From a virus (taxonomy: Duplodnaviria > Heunggongvirae > Uroviricota > Caudoviricetes), in IMG/VR virus record IMGVR_UViG_2585427725_000018: 35,588 nt of DNA; one strand, 5' to 3'. The stretch's first letter is position 1, and each line of letters starts with the position of its first letter. Under the pieces are notes generated by a model. The model saw only the letters and a list, made by a program, of their open reading frames with translations. It did no database searches and had not been told where the DNA came from. This document shows positions 1-6,425 of this stretch, in pieces. The position numbers and the translations under genes are program-made.

Positions 1-280
1 GGTCATAACTCCTCATGTATGTGGGGTGCTCGATGGCTCTCGTTATCTGGTTAAGTGTTTTGCAGCGCGGACATTTTATTTCAATGTAGTGAAATGAGGC
101 GCGGGCAAGTAGTTTGTTGCAATTTTTGCATCGTACATTTTGCGTCATTTGCGGCACCTCTTGTGTGGTTACTGCTGCCGATATGATAACAAATCGATCG
201 CTTTTATCGATCGGATTTATTGCATCGATCTGTTATGCCTATTACTTATGAATGGTGTTACCCTCATTTATGAGGGCAAC

Positions 281-315
281 AAAAAGAAAACCCGCAGTTT
301 TTACGCTGCGGGTTT
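281..315 (-). terminator. Rho-independent terminator downstream of the TM2-domain gene
   Basis: Inverted repeat aaacccgcag / ctgcgggttt (about 10 bp stem, 8 nt loop), followed on the minus strand by a U-rich tract (tcttttt gttg). The gene it follows stops at 341. Confidence 0.6.
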
Positions 316-340
316 GTCATTCTGATTCGCCCACTAGGCA

Positions 341-637
341 TTAGCCATATTTGCGGGCAAAGTCTTCATCAGAGGTGCATAGATAGATAAAAAACTCAAT
401 AAATGCCACGATTGCCGGAATGAATGTCCAGCAAAAAATAAGGTAAAGGAATCCTTGCCCCACTTTACCTAAATAAAATTTGTGTGCACCAAGACCACCT
501 AAAAAGAAAGCCAGTAGTGCTGCTGTCATTCTGCTTTTTGAACTTGCTGTTCTTTGAGGTGCTCCACAATTGGGGCAGGATGTGGCATCTTTATGTATTT
601 CCTTGCCGCATCCGCGACAAAATACCATTTCACTCAT
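341..637 (-). CDS. Zinc-ribbon / TM2-domain membrane protein
   Basis: 98 aa ORF. N-terminal CxxC...CxxC zinc ribbon (CRGCG...CPNCG), then a TM2-like segment (GGLGAHKFYLG...) with hydrophobic helices. ATG preceded by AAGGAA at about 7 nt. Confidence 0.7.
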   Translation of the reverse strand: MSEMVFCRGCGKEIHKDATSCPNCGAPQRTASSKSRMTAALLAFFLGGLGAHKFYLGKVGQGFLYLIFCWTFIPAIVAFIEFFIYLCTSDEDFARKYG

Positions 638-670
638 AAAGAGTTCCTTTCAAATTTAAATAAGCGTTAA

Positions 671-693
671 GCCCACCACTCTTACTGGTGGGC
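671..693 (-). terminator. Hairpin downstream of the hok-like gene (possible terminator)
   Basis: gcccacca (7 nt loop) tggtgggc, 8 bp stem, followed on the minus strand by a moderately U-rich stretch. Weak call. Confidence 0.35.
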
Positions 694-772
694 CTCAATT
701 TAAATTTGGGTGCCACTTCGACCATACCCTGGCAACCGATTGACGGGGGATTGCTCCCCCGTCGCGGTTTCC

Positions 773-913
773 TTACTGCTTACACTGTAAGAACGCCGCA
801 AACTCCGCTCCCCAAAAGCTCATCCGTATTTCACACAGCGAACCGTGCAGCATCCAGATGATGAGGATTACCGTCACGCAGAACGTGATGGCCGTAAGCG
901 ATTTTTGCGACAT
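773..913 (-). CDS. hok: Hok/Gef-family type I toxin (small membrane peptide)
   Basis: 46 aa ORF not on the track (below its size cut-off): MSQKSLTAITFCVTVILIIWMLHGSLCEIRMSFWGAEFAAFLQCKQ. Single TM helix followed by the SLCEIR and E-x-AAF(L/M) motifs characteristic of Hok/Gef/HokA-E peptides. AAGGAG lies 8 nt upstream of the ATG; a 9 bp GC hairpin (742-763) sits in the 3' UTR. Confidence 0.65.
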   Translation of the reverse strand: MSQKSLTAITFCVTVILIIWMLHGSLCEIRMSFWGAEFAAFLQCKQ

Positions 914-1104
914 AGCGCTTGCTCCTTTGTTGGAGAGGCGCTAACCTATCACTTGCTTAAGGTAGATATGTTAGGGCCTCGGTTAAACAAAAATGTTTTC
1001 CGGGGCCTTTCCACATCTGGCCTTCGGGTATTCCCTCCGACCATCAGCCGAAAGGCACCCGCACGTAATCTATCGCTTTTTTGTTACTCCGGCAATTCTG
1101 CCTG

Positions 1105-1365
1105 TTAATTCTGAGATAAAGGTAAACTCATCTGATTGTTTCCCCTGTGTGAAGCTGGCAGATCATGCCACGGGATACCTTCTGAAGAGTGAACGCCGGA
1201 GGCGTGTTTCGATGTGAATTTATGGAAAGCTTCCAGTGTTGAGAAGCATACGCCGCATTCCAGGTTGTTACACTGGTAATACTTTTGCCGCACGGTGTTT
1301 GAATCATTTTCCGGACGACTGGTGCGGATACGGGCAGATGCGCCACAAAGCGGACAACGGAACAT
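1105..1365 (-). CDS. ogr: Late gene transcriptional activator Ogr (zinc-finger)
   Basis: MFRCPLCGASARIRTSR...YYQCNNLECGVCFSTLE matches the Ogr/Delta C4 zinc-finger family. Internal ATG at 1365 chosen over the track start (1380) because GGAGGGGG lies 5 nt upstream. Confidence 0.85.
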   Translation of the reverse strand: MFRCPLCGASARIRTSRPENDSNTVRQKYYQCNNLECGVCFSTLEAFHKFTSKHASGVHSSEGIPWHDLPASHRGNNQMSLPLSQN

Positions 1366-1611
1366 AGATACCCCCTCCATTTAACGTGACGCTTCCGTTA
1401 TTTTTAGTTGCACTAGTACAGATTCTAGCTGACTGTCTCTTTGATTGAAAGTTCTTCTGTACCCATAACTCGATCTCGTAAGAATCTCAACTTGTATAAA
1501 GTTATTAATATAAATTTATACTAATAATTAAAATAGTTGCGCTTGCTGTCATGACATGCAGTTAGCTATTATAAAAGATGAATATATAACCATAGGCAAG
1601 ATATAAACTGG

Positions 1612-1677
1612 ATGGGATAAAAATACCTAGGTGAGTAACTAATTATATTTAATTATTTTGAATATTAGTCACTCACC
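1612..1677 (-). terminator. Rho-independent terminator closing the AT-rich accessory cassette
   Basis: ggtgagtaactaat / attagtcactcacc inverted repeat (14 bp, one mismatch, AT-rich loop), followed on the minus strand by tattttttat. Lies 16 bp downstream of the stop at 1693. Confidence 0.6.
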
Positions 1678-1692
1678 GTGGTATTAGAAAAA

Positions 1693-2097
1693 CTAAATAC
1701 TCTCTTGGTTTTTTTTGATTGTTTTTAGAGTTTCTAGATACTGCCTTTTCCTGTCAAGGCTTTGTTTTACTAATTCTTTATCGGTTGGTGATAAATTTTC
1801 TATATCATCCAATGTAAACTCAGCTTTTATTTTTTCTTGTGCTATCTCCTCAAGTTTTTTATATTTGTTACTGACAATTTTGTTGTAACACCAATTAACT
1901 ATAAGAGGAAGGAATAATGATATAAATACAGTTAACTTACTATAGTTTTCTATTCCTATTATATCTTTCACCCGCTCAGAAAAAGGCAGGGTGAGTATAA
2001 TGCTAGCAATAATTGAAGCCAGAAAACCGTATGCTAATCTACGGACATCGTGATTAGCCTTCAGGATTGTGGGAATTGAGTCATTAGTTTTTGACAT
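1693..2097 (-). CDS. Hypothetical two-TM membrane protein with C-terminal charged coiled-coil region (accessory cassette gene 2)
   Basis: 134 aa. Two hydrophobic helices (LAYGFLASIIASIILTLPF; LTVFISLFLPLIVNWCY), then a Lys/Glu-rich tail. ATG preceded by GGAGGAGAAGG. Start overlaps the upstream gene by 14 nt. Very AT-rich compared with the phage backbone. Confidence 0.6.
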   Translation of the reverse strand: MSKTNDSIPTILKANHDVRRLAYGFLASIIASIILTLPFSERVKDIIGIENYSKLTVFISLFLPLIVNWCYNKIVSNKYKKLEEIAQEKIKAEFTLDDIENLSPTDKELVKQSLDRKRQYLETLKTIKKNQESI

Positions 2098-2644
2098 GCC
2101 CCTTCTCCTCCGCGGTTTGTTTATTTATCATCTTTATAGAGCTTTCATCTATAAACATACTGGCTTCCAGGAGAGCAATTATCATGCTTCCCAAAATAGA
2201 GGACAGTTTGATTGATGCTTTCTTTGAATCATCATTTTTCCCATCGTATTCTGAATAACCAAAATAATCTTTGAATAGAAGGCTTTCAATGTCATCAAAG
2301 AAGAAAAAGGATGTAGTTATAACAATTATTGGCTTCTTGTCTATTATCTGAAACGTTACATTTGTTTTATTGAATTTAATTGATGTGTCATTAACTATCT
2401 TAACTAACTCCATCATGTTATTCGCTACTGGGCGATTAACTATACTCATTGTGAGCGATGGAGAAAATCCTGAATCATCAAAATTCAAATAATATTGAGT
2501 TACAGATGATTCATCTTTGTATTCTTTGTCTATGAAACTTTGTATTATTTTTTTATTCAAAGTCGAGCCATCACTTTCATTATATAATTCAATATTATCA
2601 TCATATCTAAGGGCTACACTATCGCGAATCAAATCAATCAACAT
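2084..2644 (-). CDS. Hypothetical acidic soluble protein (accessory cassette gene 1)
   Basis: 186 aa, Asn/Ile/Lys/Asp-rich, no motif I can recognise. ATG at 2644 (track start 2650 is a TTG two codons upstream) with GAGGT about 9 nt upstream. AT-rich. Confidence 0.55.
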   Translation of the reverse strand: MLIDLIRDSVALRYDDNIELYNESDGSTLNKKIIQSFIDKEYKDESSVTQYYLNFDDSGFSPSLTMSIVNRPVANNMMELVKIVNDTSIKFNKTNVTFQIIDKKPIIVITTSFFFFDDIESLLFKDYFGYSEYDGKNDDSKKASIKLSSILGSMIIALLEASMFIDESSIKMINKQTAEEKGHVKN

Positions 2645-2677
2645 TATCAAAAGACCTCAATTGTTATTCCATGCATA

Positions 2678-2707
2678 ATTATACTAAAAGTATCTTAAAA
2701 ACAGCAA
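2678..2707 (-). promoter_or_regulatory. Sigma70-type promoter driving the accessory cassette
   Basis: On the minus strand: -35 TTGCTG (2707-2702), 18 nt spacer, -10 TATAAT (2683-2678). Predicted start about 27 nt upstream of the ATG at 2644. Confidence 0.55.
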
Positions 2708-2867
2708 AATTTTACATTGGTGATACCTATATGTTGATTGTCCCTCTGAACAGGGGGAACTGCTTTTACAATAATGAATGTAGGGCATTCTGGCGCAGAG
2801 CGGTCAGTCTGATAGGGTTGTGTCATAATCGTGTCAGTACATGCCTGAACTAATACATCTAAGTTGC

Positions 2868-3977
2868 TCACTCTGTTTCTGCTATCCATTCCGGGATTTT
2901 TGCTTCAAGCTCAAGCTGCGTGGTAAAGCCGCTGTTATCAATGGTGTGCTCGGCTTTTGCAATAATCCAGTCCTGATTGTCGATGTCACTTTTGAAGCCT
3001 GTCACCGTGCCATGCATTTCAGGGTAGAGTTCTGCACGTCCACGCGCCAGCGTGATGGAGAATGATGCGGCTCCGCGTTGTAGCTGCTGCCACTTTGCCG
3101 CCGCTGCGCGTCTTGCTGCCTGCTCGTTCTGATAAGTCTTGCGTAACACAAAAACATTGCCTTCCGCACCTTCCATATAATCACCTTCACGGCTGCTGCT
3201 TTTCTCCTTTTTGGGCTTGGGCGGTTTGCGGCGTTTCACGCTGACTTTTTTCTTTTTCCCGTAATTAAGATCAAGCCAGTAAGCGCGTACCCCCGTATAC
3301 GCTTCGCGGTCAGCAATGCGGAACTGATGGCGATCGCCACTGCTGCGCGTGATGGCGAACGAGGGCAACGGCTGGCCCTGTGCGTTCACGCCACCGCCTG
3401 GCATGATGAATAACAGATTACCGCTTTTTACCGTAGTGATTGCGCCCAGCATTTCCGCCATGCGCGTAAGGAAGGACATGTCGCTTTCTTCAGTCTGGTC
3501 GGCGTGGTCGATTTCGATATCCATCAGCATTTCGCTGATTTGCGGTTTCAGGCCGTACCGATGAGCGATGGCGGATACCACACGCTCAACGGTCACATCA
3601 TGCCATGACACCTCACGTTTAACGTTAAATTCATCCCGAAAATCTGCGCTTCTGGCTGAAACAGTCAGCCTGTCGGGCGGTCCTTCATGAGCAATTTCAT
3701 CAACAATGTAAGTGCCTTTTTCTGTCAGCGGTTCTCCCTTCCAGCCAATGAGAACCGTCAGGCGCGCGCCCCGTGGCGGTAGCTGCAACTGACCATCCGC
3801 ATCATCCAGCGTGATGGTGAGCTGGTCCGCCTCAAATCCCCGGTTGTCGGTCAGTGACAGGCTCATCAGGCGCTCTGCCACGCCTGACAGCGTTTTACCC
3901 TCCGCGAGAATATCAAAATCCGGCATTTTCACGGGGTCTGTGCCCTGACTGAGCAATTGCATGGTGGTGTCGGTCAT
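2868..3977 (-). CDS. D: Tail protein D (late control gene D family)
   Basis: Long ORF with gpD-like sequence and a Lys-rich linker (KKKKVSVKRRKPPKPKKEK). Start set at the internal ATG (MTDTT...) preceded by GGGAGGGAG; the track ORF extends 44 codons further upstream. Confidence 0.85.
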   Translation of the reverse strand: MTDTTMQLLSQGTDPVKMPDFDILAEGKTLSGVAERLMSLSLTDNRGFEADQLTITLDDADGQLQLPPRGARLTVLIGWKGEPLTEKGTYIVDEIAHEGPPDRLTVSARSADFRDEFNVKREVSWHDVTVERVVSAIAHRYGLKPQISEMLMDIEIDHADQTEESDMSFLTRMAEMLGAITTVKSGNLLFIMPGGGVNAQGQPLPSFAITRSSGDRHQFRIADREAYTGVRAYWLDLNYGKKKKVSVKRRKPPKPKKEKSSSREGDYMEGAEGNVFVLRKTYQNEQAARRAAAAKWQQLQRGAASFSITLARGRAELYPEMHGTVTGFKSDIDNQDWIIAKAEHTIDNSGFTTQLELEAKIPEWIAETE

Positions 3978-4037
3978 CTGCTCCCTCCCTGTGCGGCATG
4001 GTCGCATGTGCGTGCGGAGGGGGTTACTGCTTTTTGT

Positions 4038-4055
4038 TGTCGCCGGGTCGGGAGA
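4038..4055 (+). promoter_or_regulatory. Candidate Ogr-dependent late promoter element upstream of FI (TGT-N12-AGA)
   Basis: TGT cgccgggtcggg AGA centred about 88 bp upstream of the FI ATG. The same TGT-N12-AGA arrangement appears in the O/P divergent region. Late promoters of this family carry a TGT-N12-ACA element near -55. Confidence 0.3.
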
Positions 4056-4134
4056 ACGGCGCAGGGGTGAGATTACGCGCGTGGTGGGTGATGATTGTTG
4101 CCGAATCATTTAACGGATACAAGGGGCTGAAGCT

Positions 4135-5319
4135 ATGAGTGAAACTCGTTTTCATGGTGCCCGTGTTACGGAAAGTACCGACCTGGTAACAGCGATTAAT
4201 GATGTTGATTCCAGTGTTATCGGTATCGTGGCAACGGCGGATGATGCGGACGCGGAGCTGTTCCCGCTGAACAAGCCCACACTGCTGACCCGCGTCAATG
4301 ACGTGCTGGGAAAATGCGGAACAACGGGGACGCTTTATCGTGCGCTTAAGGCCATCGCAGACCAGGTGAGCACAAAGGTGATCGTCGTTCGCGTGGCTGA
4401 ACACAAAGAAGAAGACGGAAAAACGCAGGATCAACTGGTTATCGGTGGTTCTGAATCTGACGGCAGCTATACGGGGATGTATGCGCTGCTTGTTGCAGAG
4501 CAGGATGAAAGCATCGGATACCGTCCGCGTATTCTGGCCGCGCCGGAGCTGGACACGGAGGCGGTAACAAAATCCCTGTGCGTGATTGCAGGTAAACTGC
4601 GCGCGTTTGTGTATGCCTCATGTCACGGCTGTAACACGATGGCTGAGGCGATTACCTACCGCCAGAAATTCAACGAACGTGAGGTGATGCTCTTATGGCC
4701 AGACTTCATCGCCTACAACCCGAAAAGTGGCAAAAACGAAACGTTCCCCGCGCCTGCCTATGCGTGCGGCCTTCGTGCGTACATTGACCATGAGCAGGGA
4801 TGGCACAAATCACTGTCCAACGTTCCGGTTAAAAATGTGCTGGGGATGTCGAGGCATGTGTTCTGGTCGTTGCAGGCCGAAGACAGCGATGCCAACAGCC
4901 TCAACAACAAAGAAATCACGACCATTATTCGTCGCAACGGGTTCCGCTTCTGGGGCAACCGCACACCGGAAACGAACGCCTACATCTTTGAGGTGTATAC
5001 CCGAACCGCACAGGTGCTGGCTGATTCAATTGCGGAAGCGCAGTTTGAAACCATCGACAGTCCACTGACGCCTGCGAACGTGAAGGATGTTATCAGTGCC
5101 ATCAGGGCAAAACTGGATTCGCTGGTTACTGCCGGGAAACTGATTGGTGCGGAGTGCTGGTATGACGTGGTGGATAACGGCACCACGAATTTACGTCAGG
5201 GACGTGTGCGTATTCGCTACAAATATACGCCCGTTCCGCCACTGGAAGACATGGAGCTTTACCAGACGTTTACTGATGAATTCTTTGGTCCCGCATTTGC
5301 GGTGCTGGGAGGTGCCTGA
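4135..5319 (+). CDS. FI: Tail sheath protein FI
   Basis: 394 aa, strong similarity to P2 FI along the whole length (e.g. LRAFVYAS, LLWPDF, DHEQGWHKSLSNV, IRRNGFRFWGNRT, YTPVPPLE). AAGGGG RBS. Confidence 0.95.
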   Translation: MSETRFHGARVTESTDLVTAINDVDSSVIGIVATADDADAELFPLNKPTLLTRVNDVLGKCGTTGTLYRALKAIADQVSTKVIVVRVAEHKEEDGKTQDQLVIGGSESDGSYTGMYALLVAEQDESIGYRPRILAAPELDTEAVTKSLCVIAGKLRAFVYASCHGCNTMAEAITYRQKFNEREVMLLWPDFIAYNPKSGKNETFPAPAYACGLRAYIDHEQGWHKSLSNVPVKNVLGMSRHVFWSLQAEDSDANSLNNKEITTIIRRNGFRFWGNRTPETNAYIFEVYTRTAQVLADSIAEAQFETIDSPLTPANVKDVISAIRAKLDSLVTAGKLIGAECWYDVVDNGTTNLRQGRVRIRYKYTPVPPLEDMELYQTFTDEFFGPAFAVLGGA

Positions 5320-5831
5320 TGGCTGTACCAAAACATCTTCGCTTTTTTACGTTGTTTGTGGATGGTGAAAACGAAGTGGGTAAAGTGACATCCGTCACGC
5401 CGCCCAAACTGACGCGCAAAACCGACAGCTATCGTGGTGGTGGCATGATGGGGGCGGTAAGTATTGATCTCGGTCTGGACGACTCCGCGCTTGATGCGAG
5501 TTTTGTTATGGGGGGAGCTGTTCGTGCGCTGTTCCTTAAATATGGCGGCACGATTGACGGCACGCTGCTGCGTTTTGCGGGTGAATACTACACCGATGCA
5601 GAAAGCGATCTGTATGAAATCGAGATGCGCGGACGTGTGACGGAAATTGATATGGGGGAAGCCAAACAGGGCGAAGCCACATCACACACTTACGCTGTCA
5701 AAAACACCTACTACAAGCTGAGCGTTAACGATCGCCCGCTGTGGGAAATCGACCTGTTGAACCACATCTACCGGAAGGACGGCAAGGACATTGTGCCTGA
5801 CCGTATCCGTTCCGCGCTTGGGCTTGGCTGA
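5319..5831 (+). CDS. FII: Tail tube protein FII
   Basis: 170 aa; ATGA start/stop overlap with FI; GGGAGGTG RBS; conserved position after the sheath gene. Confidence 0.9.
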   Translation: MAVPKHLRFFTLFVDGENEVGKVTSVTPPKLTRKTDSYRGGGMMGAVSIDLGLDDSALDASFVMGGAVRALFLKYGGTIDGTLLRFAGEYYTDAESDLYEIEMRGRVTEIDMGEAKQGEATSHTYAVKNTYYKLSVNDRPLWEIDLLNHIYRKDGKDIVPDRIRSALGLG

Positions 5832-5886
5832 TAAGTAATATGCAGGCGGCGCAGTGCGTCGCCTCTGACTGAAAAGGAGACAACTG

Positions 5887-6261
5887 ATGAAAGACATCGA
5901 TACTGAAACCCGGAATAACACCGTGGCGGATGATGTGACGGCAGGTGAGGATATGGCTGTCGAACGTGGCGTAAAACTGACCCGACCAATTGAGCGTGGT
6001 GGCGAAAAAATCACGTATGTGGAGATCACCGGGGCTATTGAACAGGCTGGATCCCTGCGTGGTCTGTCGCTGTCTGATGTGCTGAATCTGAAAGCGGATA
6101 CCATGTTCACGCTGTTGCCTCGCGTGACCTCGCCACGACTGGATGAAGTGATGATTAAAAAAATGTCGTCACGCGATTTTATTCAGTTGTGCGCTGTGGC
6201 TGTAAATTTTATGAGCGAGCCAGACTCTGGCGCGAAGAGCGTGCAGGAGACGGCAGCGTAA
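5887..6261 (+). CDS. E: Tail assembly chaperone E
   Basis: AAGGAG 7 nt upstream of the ATG; conserved position between tube and tape-measure genes; contains the slippery A-run used for the E' fusion. Confidence 0.8.
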   Translation: MKDIDTETRNNTVADDVTAGEDMAVERGVKLTRPIERGGEKITYVEITGAIEQAGSLRGLSLSDVLNLKADTMFTLLPRVTSPRLDEVMIKKMSSRDFIQLCAVAVNFMSEPDSGAKSVQETAA

Positions 6262-6425
6262 TCACCCTGGTGTGCTTTGAGCACATCGAAGATCTGGTGG
6301 CAGATATCGCCGCCATTTTTAACTGGTCGCCCGCCGAAATCTTCATGATGACGCCCGGCGAAGTGGTTAGCTGGCGTGAGCGGGCGGCACTTCGCAGCGG
6401 GAATGCAGACAATGAAGACTCTTGA
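5887..6425 (+). CDS. Tail assembly chaperone E+E' (programmed -1 frameshift product)
   Basis: The -1 frame is open from 6159 to the stop at 6423-6425 and encodes ...FNWSPAEIFMMTPGEVVSWRERAALRSGNADNEDS, similar to the P2 E' C-terminus. The shift is predicted at the A7 run. Confidence 0.7.
6157..6163 (+). other. Slippery heptanucleotide (AAAAAAA) for the E/E' -1 frameshift
   Basis: A7 run decoded as AAA AAA in the E frame. The -1 frame has a TAA immediately upstream (6156-6158) and is open downstream, so the shift must occur here. Confidence 0.6.

Noticed and set aside
914-1104. A mok-like overlapping reading frame and Sok antisense RNA for the hok-like gene
   Set aside because: Upstream ATGs in other frames terminate before reaching hok, and I could not find a convincing plus-strand promoter and terminator pair; reported only as an expectation, not as a feature.
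845-1217. Two plus-strand ORFs (87 and 74 aa) overlapping the hok leader and ogr
   Set aside because: Antisense to ogr and to the hok-like gene, alternative or no start codon, no RBS.
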